Source: Hypanus sabinus
Lineage: Eukaryota
Length of the DNA: 64,000 bases
Direction: 5' to 3'
NCBI RefSeq assembly: GCF_030144855.1
Contig: NC_082712.1
Coordinates: 27,156,001-27,220,000, forward strand
Numbering within the stretch: the stretch's first letter is position 1; every line of letters begins with the position of its first letter. Both the position numbers and the translations under genes were made by a program. Shown piece after piece: positions 37,270 to 49,929 of this stretch. Under the pieces are notes generated by a model that made no database searches, had not been told where the DNA came from, and saw only the letters and a program-made list of their open reading frames with translations.

Positions 37270-38200
37270 AAGATTCAAGATTTTTTTTTAAGTTATTTCA
37301 TGTATTCAAGTGTAGAGAGAACAAAATAATTGTTACTCGGGATCTGAAGCAGCAAAAGGAAAATAGAATAATACCAATAAAACACAATAAATATAAATGC
37401 ATAAGATAGCTTACAATCATAGACTGATTTTATGTCCATGATATGATGTTGGGATGTAGTTAAGGTGACAGATGAGAAATAATAAGTAGCAGTGGAGTTA
37501 ATGGATGGAGGTGTTGATCAGCCTTGCTGCTTGGGGAAAGTAATTGTTCTTGGAGTCTGATGGTCCTGGTTTGGATGCTATGAGGCCTCCTCCCTGACGG
37601 GAGTGGAACAAACAGTCCAAGAGCAGGGTGTGTGCGATCGTTTATGATGTTACTGACCCTTTTCTGGCACCTTTCTGTCTATATGTCCTTGAAGTTCAGG
37701 TGCCAGTGATGTGTTGGATACTTTTAACTACCCATTCTAGAAACTTCCTGCCTGTTGCAGTGCCATTTTCATACTAAGCAGCAATGCAGCTTGTTAAAAT
37801 ACTCTCCAGTGTGCATCTGTAGAATGACGTGAAGTCCGGCTCTCTTCAGCACCCTCAGCAGGTAAAGACATTGAAGAGCTTTCTTGACCAAGTAGGATGT
37901 GTTCTGGGCCCATGAGAGGCCGTGCATGATGTGAACTCCCAGGAGTTTGAAACTGATCACAGCTTCCACTACTGATGTAAAGGGGCAGTGAGTGATGTGA
38001 GATCTCCTGAAGTTGGTAACAAGCTCTTTTGCTTGTTGACATTGGCACCAGGCCACAGTGGCACAGTGGGACTTTCACCAAAGGTCTTCAGTAGTGCAGG
38101 AGGATGGCTCTTGATGGAACTGGGGATGAAGAACAAATATTTAAATTGCCAACAACGTCCAGAACCTGAAGTTAACCTGAAATGGCATAGAGACTCAGAA
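37270..38200 (-). mobile_element. Rex1/Babar LINE 3' fragment
   Basis: ORF 37769-38056: KELVTNFRRS..FKLLGVHI..LSW..LVKKALQCLYLLRVLKRAG. Confidence 0.85.
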
Positions 38201-38910
38201 TCAGGTTTGTTATCAACGACACATGTCAAAAAAATTGTTGTTTTGTGATGGCAGTACAGTGCAAAATATAAAATTTTAATAGGTTACAGTAAAATAACTA
38301 AATAGTACAAAAGAGGAATAGTGTGGTTGTATTCATGGATCTTCCTGATGGTGGAGGGGAAGAAACTGTTTCTAAAAACATTGAGTGTGTGTCTTCAGGA
38401 TCTTGTACCTCCTCCCAGATAGCAGTAATGAGAATGTTGCATGTCCCAGGTGTGAGGTTGATGATGGTGAGAGATGTGGATATAATTACAGACAAGTGGG
38501 ATTGGTGTAGCTAGGCATGATGGTTGGCAAAGATGCACTGGGCACAAGCGCGTGTTTCAATGCTGTATAACTGATGCAAATCGTCAAAGCCAAAGTCAAG
38601 TTCAGTGTCATATGCACAGTACATGTAGTGCTGGTATGATGAAATATTTGCAGCATCATCACAGGCTGTCATATAAGCAGCATCCACAAGGAAAACATAA
38701 ATCAGATATAAGTTATACATAATTTTTACAAGAAAGTAATATATAAGACCATAAGATACAGGAGCAGAATTAGGCCATTTGGCCCATCGAGTCTGCTCTG
38801 CCATTTTAAAATTATTGATCCATTTCACTTTCAGTCCCAATCTCCTGCCTTCACCCCATATCCCTTCATGCCCTGACTAACCAAGAATCTATTAAAGTCT
38901 GTGTTAAATA
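38190..38910. mobile_element. Cluster of short LINE 3' ends (Rex-type minus 38190-38470 and 38585-38740; CR1 + 38470-38580; CR1 minus 38745-38910)
   Basis: Recognisable tails: TCAGAATCAGGTTTGTTATC, GTCAAGTTCAGTGTC and CATAAGACCATAAGATACAGGAGCAGAATTAGGCC-type. Confidence 0.65.
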
Positions 38911-40367
38911 ATATTAATGTATTAGAGTAGGAAGAAATGTCAATTTCAGTGAAAGAGACCGAAGTGGCCATAAGTGGTTAGGATTTTGCTGGTTGGTTCA
39001 CAGACAGACTGACAGATAGATGATAGGTAAAGGTATTTAGAACTTGTGACAAAACAATACACTCAATGACAACCTTGAAGGAAATTGCCCCTCCCCAAAG
39101 AAATCCAGTGATCATTTGGCAGGTACTTATCCTTTTCCAATGTTTTTTCTGTCAGTTCATGAAGCTGTGTGAGTCCCCAGTAACAGTCAATTTATCTCCC
39201 AGACAGCAAATCGCACTACTTTTAATTAATTTATTGTACAACTCAGAGTGCAAAGTAAACATTGGCATATACACAAATAATTAAGTTATCAGTGGAAATA
39301 TGTTTTTACTAATAAACACATTCTCTTAAAATCTTAAATAATTTGAAAGTTTTGTGTGAAATAATTACAATAAAATACAAAAATATTTGTTTCAGTGCCA
39401 AATAATTTGTTAAAAATACCATTAAAATTATGCTACCAGCTCTCCAGAACAGAGTGTAATATTTTCAGCAAGGCTGGCTCAGAATAACTGAAACTCACAT
39501 TGATAGAAGACTGAATCCTTGATTGTGATAGGGGAGGCTGCAAACACACTGGTCCCTGGAGATGAACTGAATCACTACCAACAACTTCAGAATTCTCTCA
39601 CTGAACTGTGCAGAGAGATACTGCAGTGTTGCCCTCAGCTTTACAGTATAATGGTGGTGGATATAAAGGCAGTTTTGCTGCCATTACTACTGGAAAATCC
39701 TGGCTGTTGTTGCATGTAGTAGGAACAAGCTAAGATTCTTGCACAAATTCAAGAAATCCTTCTGAGAATTATCTCCACATTTTCCTCTCCCCTTCTTGTG
39801 TAATTGAAAGACTTTGCCCGTTAATGTTGCCTGTTGATTTGAAAATGGTCTGGAACTAGCAGAAATGTGCTTCAGTAGACATTGTTAGACATGCTCTCTT
39901 TTATGAACATTACTAGGTATTAAAATACAAAGCACCACAAAGCAGGATTTCAAAAAGATACATTGCTCGAATTGTAATATTTCAATCCATTTCTATTTCT
40001 CATGGTTTTTACTTTTAAATTTATTGGAAGAAAACTTATATATATTCAAAGTTCTTGAGATAAGAGCTTTCACCTAATCTCTTAACAAAAATAAACCACG
40101 TGAGTGTAAAGGTCAGGAGAAAGGCATGGTTTCAAAATATATGTTCAAGAGGATTTTGTACCCATTGATGGCACTATAGTTCAACTTCGTTGTAAAGTGA
40201 GATATCTCATGACTAAGGCAAACTAATTCTGTCCAATGTATCAAGGAAGTACAATTTTATTGTGTCCACAAACTGGTGTTTTACTCATTTTATTGTTCCT
40301 AAGGCATTTGTTAAAATCATTTTGATGACATAAAGTATGACTACATGTCGACATTGAAAAAGAGACC

Positions 40368-41280
40368 TCAAAGTAAATTTACTGTCAAAGTACACAAATG
40401 TCACCATCTACAACCCTGAGGTTCAATTTCTTGTGGGCATTCACAGTAAATACAGGAAACACAATAGAATCAACGAAAACCACACCCAATAGGATGGACA
40501 AATAACAAATATGCAAAAGATGACAAACTGTACAAATATGAAAAGAAAAAAGTAATTATAATAATAAATAAGGTTTGATATTGTCAATTAAAGTAACATT
40601 GGATAGGTATATAGACAGGAAAGGAATGGAGGGTTATGGGCTGAGTGCAGGTCGGTGGGACTAGGTGAGAGTAAGTGTTTGGCACGGACTAGAAGGACCG
40701 AGATGGCCTGTTCCCGTGCTGTAATTGTTATATGGTTATAAATATTGAGAACATGGGATGAAGAGTTATTGGAAGTGAATCTCTGGGTTGAGGAAACAGT
40801 TCAGTGATGGGACAAGCAAAGTTGAGTGGAGTTATCCACTCTGGTTTAAGAGCCTGATCATTGAGGGGTAATAACTGTTCCTGAACCTGATGGTGTGGGT
40901 CCTGAGGTTCCTGCACCTTCTGTCTGATGAAAGCAGCAAGAAGAGAGCATGGCCTAGATGGTGAGTGTCCTTGATGATGGAGGCCTTTTTCTTGTGTCAG
41001 TGCTCTGTGCAGATGTGCACAGTGGTAGTGAGGGCTTTACCCATGATGGACTCTGCCATATCCACTTTTCAATTCAATGGCATTAGTATTTCCATACCAG
41101 GCTGCAAAGCAACCAGCCAATATACTCTCCCCCATGAATCAATAGAAGTATGTCAAAACCTTAGCTGACATGCAAAATTTTCACACACTTCTAGGAAAAT
41201 AGAGGAACTGTTGTACTTACTTTATGAATGGATTCTCTGAAATAACAACACCATGGAATTTAAAGTTGCTGACCCTTTAG
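40368..41280 (-). mobile_element. Rex1/Babar 3' fragment with nested CR1 tail
   Basis: TCAAAGTAAATTTACTGTCAAAG tail. Body is homologous to 4035-4750. Confidence 0.85.
40571..40737 (+). mobile_element. Short young CR1 3' end (same subfamily as 26003-26820)
   Basis: Near-identical 3' UTR and TTATATGGTT tail. Probable TSD ATAAATA at 40564-40570 and 40738-40744. Confidence 0.85.
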
Positions 41281-41639
41281 TTAGTGACGTAGAGAGAATG
41301 TATAAGACAGGATCTTATGCTCAAACTCTGTCACCTGAAAATTAGTGATAGACAGGGAAAGCATAGGTGAGGCAGATTGGCTGTAAGTCTAATTTGTTTG
41401 TAGATGCCAGAAGAAAATTGACTGTGAAGCTCTGTTTGAATTCATGTTGAATTGCTACTAAAAACAAAAGCCCCTTTTAGTTCTATGTACTTCTTGCTAC
41501 TGTAATGCATTATGTTGAAGAAAAGATCTTAAAGGAGTGGAACATTGATCAAGGAAACACAAAAGACAGCAGTTTGCAAGCAGGCTTTTCACTGTAGCTT
41601 GGTACATATGATAATTCCACTGTTGTTGCCCAGGCCAAT

Positions 41640-41855
41640 ACAGAAAACACTATAGGAGCTCAATGGGTCAGGCAGCATCCATGGGAGGAAATGGACAGCC
41701 AACAATTCATTTTGAGAGCCTACATCTAGTCTGTTTGGTCGTGATGACGGATCCAGACCTAAAACATTAACTGCTTATAACCTGACTTGCAGAGTTCCTT
41801 TAGAGTTCTGTGTGTTTTGCTCTGGATTTCCAGCATCTGCAGAATCTCTTGTGTT
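41640..41855. mobile_element. Decayed Penelope-derived element, two inverted 3' ends
   Basis: GGTCAGGCAGCATCCATGG... followed by GTGATGA..AAAACATTAACTG..TTTCCAGCATCTGCAGAATCTCTTGTG. Confidence 0.65.
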
Positions 41856-42619
41856 TATGATTTGATATGAATAGAAGAGTACAAAAAAAGTGGGAAGTGA
41901 GGTTGGAGCAAGAGCTGGTAGACATTTGGTATATCCAGGTGCAGGGATTTTGTCCTCTTTTAATCTAAAACTAAAGGAATAAAAACATAACATTATGGCT
42001 TAATTTTGATCACCTTTGTCAAACACTAAAAAACCTGAATGTCTGTCTATGTGGCCAGGTTTATTTTGAAGGTCGGGTCCATGTGCTTGTTTATATAAAC
42101 TGTAAGTCTCTTGGTAAATCCTCATGATTTGGAGTAAATGGAAGTGAGCTTAATATTTCTGTTCGGAACTGAACAGAAATTCAGTTTTCTGAATTCAAAA
42201 CCTCCACCAACGATGAAACAAAATGGTCCACTGACAAGGGTACAATTTTGAATTATATTGTGGTGCTTAAAACAGTAGGACCACCTCTCTAAATGAGCTG
42301 CCAGAAGTATATTATGTGTTTTTACAACCTTAGGACCCTCACTCTCTGTGACCTGGATACCTTGCCCCACAATTTCTGATGAAAGAGCCATTCCATTTCC
42401 AATGAGCTGCACAACAAACTTTATTGTGATCTATGTACAATTGCATGGTTTAAAGAAGGCAATAGTCTCAAAATCGTGAGCCTACTTCGTTGTGGCCATC
42501 ATGAAATCGTGTCAAAGTGTAATCCCTGGGGGGTGAAATCCATGGATTCTTACTGGAGTGAAATTGTCTCCTACCTATATCACCAATTGCTGATAAATTC
42601 TAACATGGATAATGCAATT

Positions 42620-42655
42620 GTCCTGATGAAGGGTCTCGACCAGAAACATCGACTG
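42620..42655 (+). ncRNA. Minimal type I hammerhead ribozyme motif
   Basis: GTC-CTGATGA-A-GGGTCTCGACCA-GAAA-CATC-GAC. Both core boxes are intact, helix I is GTC/GAC, and the NUH triplet is AUC. The helix III palindrome is mutated (ACGT to ACAT). Confidence 0.7.
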
Positions 42656-42713
42656 TACCCTTTTCTATAGATGCTGCCTGGCTTCCTGAGTTCCTCCAGC
42701 ACTTTGTGTGTGT
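42621..42713 (+). mobile_element. 93 bp Penelope-derived insertion starting at a hammerhead motif
   Basis: TSD CAATTG at 42615-42620 and 42714-42719. Confidence 0.85.
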
Positions 42714-43224
42714 CAATTGGCCAAAGACAAGTTTCACCTCCATCCCTGTCACCACCAATATGTTTAAACTAACATTCATAGATAACTACCAAATATCACA
42801 AAACAAGGAATTATTCTTTGTTAAACAAATAAAATTGATGTTGTTTGCCTGACAAAAAGGGGTATCTACTTGGCCAAGACCTCTATTGATAACTGGCATG
42901 TAATTCCATGACCCATATTTATGATGTAAGTTAGATTTAGACTGCTAATATCAATCCTGATTGGATTTTCAGGTCTTAAAGTCATAGAGTGACATAACAT
43001 GGAAACAAGCCCTTCACTGCACAGGGGAATACCATTTGGCCCATCCAAACCAGGCTGGTCTTAAAGATAACTTCCTGGACTCATTCCGTCTTCCAGAACA
43101 ATACTTGTTGCCATGGTGTTCAACTAAACATCCAAATATTTTTAAAACATAAGAATGGTTTCCGCCTCGACTGCTTTGTAGATCACTACTAACGTCTCAG
43201 TGAAAATTAATGACTTCACTTACT

Positions 43225-44125
43225 TTTTCCAAGGCCTGGGCCTCAATATCTCCTAGTGCAACAGGATCCTTCCCTCACTTGCAGATCCCAGTCAGTTCAG
43301 ATTGGGAACATGTCCTCCACAATCACCATCAGCACAGCTGCACAATAAGGCTGTGTACTTAGCCTCCTGTTCTACTTACCTTATACTTATGAGTGTGAGG
43401 CTTAGTGCAGCTCCAATGCCATTTTAGGTTTGCCGATGACACCACTATCATTGGCCGAATTAAATGTGGAGACAAATCAGAGGATCTGCCCTGGGTCCAG
43501 TATGTACGTACCATTACAAATAAAGCAATGCAGCATCTCTATTGTCTTATAAGTTTACGAAGATTCTTGACAAACCTCTGTAGATGGCTGGTGTAGCATA
43601 TATAGACTGGTAGTGGCTTGGTATGGAAAACACCAATGGTTTTGAATGGAAAAGCCTGCAAAAATGATGGATATGGTCCAGACCATCATCCGTAAAGCAC
43701 TCCACGCCATTGGGCACATCTACATGGAGTGCTGTTGCAGGAAAGCAGTATTCATCATCCAAGACCCCCACTATCCAGGCCATGCTCTCTTTTTGCTACC
43801 AGGTCAATGTTTAGTATGGATACTAACTACCAGGTTCAGGAACAGTGATTACTACTCAACCATCAGGCTCTTGAACCACAGAGGATAACTTTACAAAACT
43901 TAACTCACTGTAACACTGAACCGTTCCCACAACCTATGGATTCACTTTCTAGGACTCTTCATTTCATGTTCTCAATGTATATTGCTGATTTATTTATTTT
44001 TATTATTTTTCTTGTTTTTGTTTTGTTAGTTTGTATTTACTGTGAATGCCCAGAAATCTCAGGGTTGTACAGTATATGGTGACATATATGAACTTCAATA
44101 ATAAATTTACTTTGAACTTCTTGAA
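43225..44125 (+). mobile_element. Rex1/Babar LINE with internal deletions
   Basis: FRFADDTTIIGRI (RT catalytic motif) and IQDPHYPGHALF. Tail AATAAATTTACTTTGAACTTCTTGAACTTT. Confidence 0.88.
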
Positions 44126-44344
44126 CTTTAGAATCCTTCTACCAAATGCTCTAAACCTAAGCCATTTATATATATACCATAACAGCTCGCTCATCTTGTA
44201 TGCATTGCCCGCTCCTGATTGCTATTTCAAGAATTACTCACATTTCTGTGGATCCGAGTCAGATCACGTGGGCATCACATGGAAACAGTGACAGATATCC
44301 ATTTCTCCAACTATTTTATTAGAATTCAAATACAGGTCCAAATC

Positions 44345-44700
44345 ATTAGAGTCATGGAATCAAGAGTGGTATAGCATAAAACCAAGCTCTTTGGCTTTCT
44401 CTATCCATATTAACCATTGACCTGATCTATACCGGTCCCATTCACCCACATTCAATCGATAGCCTTCCATGGCATGGAGTTTCAGGTTCTTGTCTGCTTA
44501 CTAATTTAATATTGAAAATGTCTTTCCCTTTACCATGATCTCAGGCAGGGGATTCCAAATTCCAGCCACCCACTGGTGTGGGGGGAGTGAGTGAAATATT
44601 ATCTTTAGATCCCCTCTAAGCCTCTTACCTCTCACTTTAAACCTATTTCTTCTTTTCTGAGACACTGCCAAGTACAATAGCACTGGTCCTTGGACTAACA
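44345..44700 (-). mobile_element. CR1 3' end
   Basis: ORF 44501-44701: RFKVRGKRLRGDLK..WVAGIWNPLPE. Confidence 0.75.
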
Positions 44701-45589
44701 TTCAATCCAAAATCTCCATTTATCATAGTTGGAAAATATGCAGTCAGATGTTCAATATTTTGAAATGACTGAACTTGGGGACTTATAAAATTACTCCCAT
44801 TATATTTCAAGAGTTTATTAAAGATGGGAGTTCAAGACACGTTGGTAAAATTAATTCACAGCAGTATAGATTTAGTTTATAGTATTCCTTTATTTATCTC
44901 TGGGAAAGATTGAGATATATCCGTGATATCCTGCTGTAATTCTGTGTTAGGCCTGTTGGTATTGAGATAGACTGCCTCAGCAGGCCTGGTTTTGGATTCT
45001 TTCCAATTAGTTGCATGCCTGTCTGTGTATCAAAATTAAATGAATGTTGCAAGTCAATCGTTCTATAATGAAAGTGACACCATGACAACCTCTGCCCCTG
45101 TTGTGCATTTGCAGATTCCTTCAGAAATGACATTTGCCATAAGTAATTATTGGTTAAGAGAATAATGAATAGACACAGCAGTGTATTGGTTTCATTTCAT
45201 TTGCTTTTTGAATGTGATTCCTTTTTGACGTATTGCAGCTTTTTTGCTCCCCATTATCAACACCATTTGGCAAACTTCCTCCATTGTCACTCCCTCCAGC
45301 TCTCCCAGATCCTTTTTGTGTGCTTTGTGAAACATAATAATATTCTAAAGAGTCACAGTCAGTGATCTATTATTGATGTAGAAGTGATAAAGTCAAACAG
45401 TACAGAGGTAGGCCCTTCAGCCCATTGAGGCCACACTAGCCATCAAAAACCTGTTTATGTTAATCTAATTTTATTCTTCCCAACTTTTCATCAACATCAT
45501 AGTCAGAAGCAATTCAGATGAAGCTTGAAACTTCATTGTAGTGGACAGATTTGAAACAAGAAATAGCTGGATAGATGTAGAGACATCAG

Positions 45590-46120
45590 AAGAATTTAAT
45601 AGGATCAAGAGAGCTTAAGGTTAAGGAACCTTTGGGGAACTGTGATCACAATATGATTCAGTTCACTTTGAAATTTGAGAAGGAGAAACTAAATTCCGAT
45701 GTGTTGGTATTCCAGTGGAAAAAAAGGAGATTACAATGGCATGAGAGGAGAGCTGGCCAAGGTTGACTGGAAAAGCACACTCACTGGCAGGAAGGACAGC
45801 AGAGCAGCAATGGCTGGAGTTTCTGCGAAAAATGAGGGAAGTGCAAGACAGATATATTCCAAATAAGAAGAAATTACTTCAGTCAGAGGGTGGTAAATCA
45901 ATGGAATTTGTTGCCACAAGTGGCTGTGGAGGCCAAGTTATTGGGTGCATTTAAGGCAGAGATAAATAGGTTATTGATTAACCAGGGCATAAAAGGGTAT
46001 GGGGAGAAGGTAGGGGAGTGAGGATGACTGGAAGAATTGGATCAGCCGACAATTGAATGGTGGAGCAGACTCGATGGGACAAATGGCCTACTTCTGCTCC
46101 TATATCCTATGGTCTAAGAC
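45590..46120 (+). mobile_element. CR1 with endonuclease region fused directly to the 3' end
   Basis: EPLGNCDHNMIQF and QQWLEF coding is joined at ~45870 to CAGAGGGTGGTAAATC..TGGAAT..GTGGAGGCCAAG and the 3' UTR. Confidence 0.8.
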
Positions 46121-47099
46121 ACTATTGAATATACGGAGACATTGAAAAGAGCTGCTAAAGTCTTAGAAAGAACAAAAATATAAACACTGAATTGAAAACA
46201 AGTGGTAGACATGTAGGTGGTTTTGAGAGAAAAACTTCATGGAGAGGTAGCAGGTGAACAACATTTTATATTGATGGAGTATACAGTAATGCAGGAGAGC
46301 TGGAGATGAGTCAGGCATAGTTTTTGCTGTCGCGGAGGTTGTAGCAGATAGTGAAGTGTTACTTGTGCATGCATATTATTCACGATGTCACTGTAAAAAA
46401 GAACAAAGGAAGAATAAATGTGCTATCACTGCCATTGCATTCAATGACAGATCAAAAGATCCTCTGCAATCATTTCCCAAACTTGTCAAAATCTGTTGCT
46501 AGCTGCTGATATAAGATGTTCCTGTTCGCACTCATAAGAGCTGCCAGCAAAGGTTCACAGCAATCGTGCACTACCATGTGAAATTAATGTTGCATTAAGT
46601 AAGTTCACAGAAAAGGGTTTGGTTGATGATTATATCTTCCTGTCATAGGTCTTAATGATACAAATTTGATTGGGTTGTGAACCTCTGGGTAAAAAGCAAT
46701 TACCTAACTCTTTGAAGTACCATTTGTCAATATCCTTGCATTCTGTATCATCAATACAGAGTAATGACATTAATATTTCTTTGTATTCAATTTGCCTATA
46801 TATGGCTAAACACGCAGCTCTTTCCTGATGCAAACAGCCACTCCTCATCAGCCCATGATGATGATACTTGGCATTTACAAGAGGCAGTAATAATTAGCGA
46901 ATGAACTTGTTTCAGGTTCTTCCATCTGCTGTTTATTCTTCGACTCAGACAAGTCCCTGCTCGTGATTAGCTTTCTCCCTTTGTTTTATGTAGGCTTTCT
47001 GATATTTTCTCTGTTATATGTATCTCAGCCTCTTCATCAAACCTGTGCATCTTCCCCACACTTCCATAGGAGGATATTGTTGTTGTCAAATTTAGAGAG

Positions 47100-48000
47100 C
47101 ATTTATTATCTAGCACTAATTTCCCTTGAGAAGTTTGCTCTGAACTTCCTCCTTGAACCACAGAACCACAGCAGTCTGTATACTGAGGGTACTCCTACTG
47201 TAATTTTGAACAATGTTTCCAGAATTATGAAAAAGCAATGGTGATTTATTTCCAAGGCAAGCTGAGATGCAATTTGCAGTGAAATAAGTGGGGTTCCTAT
47301 GGATCAGATTTATTTTTCCTTTTAGGAGCTGGAGGTAACATGTTTGATTTTTGTTTGGTTACGATGCCTTGGTGAAGAAGCATTAGATTAGAGGGTATGA
47401 AGATATAAGGGTAGATATCAGTGGGGTTGGTTTGGTTCAGATCATTTTGAGCATTAGGAGCTGAGCTTACCCATTCAAGTGGAGAGTGTTCCTTCAAACT
47501 ATAGAAAGGTTTGGATGAATCTATAATAACATGACACAGTTTTTGGTGATTATTGGGTCTTAATGATAATAGCTTTACTAATGGCAGAGACAGTGAAAAT
47601 CAAGAAAAGATGGTTTAGAGACTCTTGTTTTCCTCAGCCCTTGATTGGTGTAAATGCCCCTTAAGCCTTACATCTGAACTTGAGTGTTGTTGGATCATGC
47701 TGCATGTAATCACAGAATGCATTATTATATGAGGAGTTTGGATTAGAATCCAATGCTGAACAATCATGAACTGTGATTTCCCCTTTAAAACCTGAGATGG
47801 AATAGCTGAAAATACCTAGATTTTGTGCACTGCCCTAATGAACTTCTTCAGGACATATTCATGTTCCTTAGTTGAAACGTTAGATCTTTCTTATGCCGGG
47901 TGTGACTCAAACCATTGAAGATACCTTTTCCTCCTTTCACTCCATTTGGCTTCACTTTTACTGGGACTTCTTAATGCCATACTAAACCAAGTGCTAACAT
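47100..48000 (-). mobile_element. Very old LINE relic (probably the family of 36870-37265)
   Basis: Degenerate matches only (AATTTCCCTTGAGAAG...CCTTGAACC..GGTACTCCTAC). Confidence 0.4.
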
Positions 48001-48629
48001 GATAATCAATGTTGCTTATCTTTCCATAAACTGCCCAAATGTGCTTCCTCTTCATTTGGTTTCATGACTTTCTTCCAGTAATCTCTTACTTAACTTCAAT
48101 TCCTTCTTAACTTTAGATCTCCTGCAGGAGTTAGTGTCATCCAGAACTCAATGTGACATCTATTTCTGCTTCAGAAAGGAAGCTCTACTTACCTCATGCT
48201 ATCTTTCCCAACAAATGCCATGGTTAATTTATCAGTAGAGGAGAAATTAAGTAGAATGGATCCAAACCAAGGAATTAAAAGTGACCTCTTTGAAACTAGG
48301 ATTGTGAATCTTTGGAAATCTCTGTCCAAGAGGACTATTGAGTGTATTGGAAACTGAGATCAAAAGATTTCATATATTAATGGATTTAGTCTATGGAGCT
48401 GTCATATAGGTAAAAAGTCAGCCATTATTTTATTGAATGGTAGAGCACGTCCTCCATCTGCTTCTATTTGCTATGCTCTTAGAGTCATAGAATAACACAG
48501 TACAGAACCAAAGCAACTAAGATAACCACTAAAACAGTCCTGTTTGCCTATATTAAATAGATATCCCTCTCAACTTTTTCGATCTACAATATGTACTTGG
48601 CCAAAGGTTTTTCTAAAAGAAAGTCAGTG

Positions 48630-48975
48630 TACAAGATAATGTGAGGCATTGATTATGTGGATAGTCAGAGGCTTTTTCTCAGGATTGAAATGGCTAGCAC
48701 AAGAGGGCATAGTTTTAAGGTGCTTAGAAGTAGGTACAGAGGAGATGTCGGGTAAGTTTTTTACGCAGAGTGTGGTGAGTGTGTGAAATGTGTGATGGTG
48801 CTGGTGGAGGCAGAAACAATAGGGTCTTTTAGGAGGGTCCTATATAGGTACATGGAGCTTAGAAAAATAGAGGGCTATGGGTAAGCCTGGGTAGTTCTAA
48901 GGTAAGGACATGTTTGGCACAGCTTTGTGGGCCAAAGTGCCTGTATTGTGCTATAGGTCTTCTATGTTTCTATGT
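48630..48975 (+). mobile_element. CR1 3' end
   Basis: ACAAGAGGGCATAGTTTTAAGG..TTTTTACGCAGAGTGTGGTG and a (TTCTATGT)n tail. Confidence 0.85.
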
Positions 48976-49074
48976 AAAATCCTCTGGCATTCTTATAAAA
49001 AAGAGCAGTAGAATTATCTCAAACTCTGTGTAGAATCAATGCTTTTCTGTTGGCATTTTTTAAAAACAAAGATT

Positions 49075-49170
49075 TCTGGCCATTATTGCTATTCTTTTTG
49101 GTAGCTTGCTATGCACAAAGTAGCTACAATGTCTTCTATACTACAACAATGACTACATTGTAGAAGGTTC
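49075..49170 (+). mobile_element. Ancient Deu-domain SINE fragment
   Basis: CTGGCCATTATTGCT..TTTGGTAGCTTGCTATGCACAAAGTAGCT..ACTACAACAATGACTACA resembles the recalled Deu consensus GGAGCTTGCTGTGCGCAAATTGGCTG..ATTACAACAGTGACTACA. Confidence 0.55.
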
Positions 49171-49828
49171 ATGCAATAGCTATTACTTATTTTGGATTTT
49201 TTTTTGTTTGATTAGAAATAGGCTATAGAGATCAAATTATTTTCCTCTTCTTTGATGAACAACGCTCTCCCTTTTGATTGTCTAATCCCAAATACATTGA
49301 ATGATATCCTAACCTTAATTGAAACCTTTCTCCTGTCCAAAGTTGTGTTCATAAGTAGACATATTTCCCTCAATTAACCCAAACACATTACTCATATTCT
49401 CCTTTTCTTCTGTTCCTAGTTATTCCATCTCCTCCAGTGCTGACTGAGTCAAATAATCTTCACTGGGTTGACAATCATTCACATTTATCTTCAACATTGA
49501 CTGAACAGCAAGTGCGAGAATTGTTCATCCCGTTAAGCATCATCTGTAGAGAGAGTAAAATAAAGATAACATTTTGATTTGATGTCTCTTCATTAGAATT
49601 GGAACCAAGATGCAGGGCACAAGGAGAGGGAAGAACAAAAAAGTTTGTTTTTGGTTTTTTTAAAATCACTAATTATTCCCAGTTCTGTTGAAGTGTACTA
49701 AAATGAAACTTTGTTTCACTGACTGCTGATTCTGCCTGACTGACTATGCACTTGCAGAATTTTTTTTTTGTTTTTATTTATTATTGACTCCAGTATTCCT
49801 GATCCTAAGGCGTCTCAACAGGATGCAT

Positions 49829-49927
49829 GTCCTGATGAAAGATTTCACCTTTTTATTCTTCTCCATAGATGTTGCTTGACCTGTGTTTTACTCTGGGTTT
49901 CTATCATCTAAAGAATCTTTTGTGCTT
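49829..49927 (+). mobile_element. Penelope-derived short element starting at hammerhead core
   Basis: GTCCTGATGAA...TCCATAGATGTTGCTTGACCTG...AGAATCTTTTGTG. Confidence 0.65.
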
Positions 49928-49929
49928 AG

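Noticed and set aside
39519-39719. 66 aa ORF as a coding exon
   Set aside because: Non-ATG start, no convincing splice sites and no recognisable homology.
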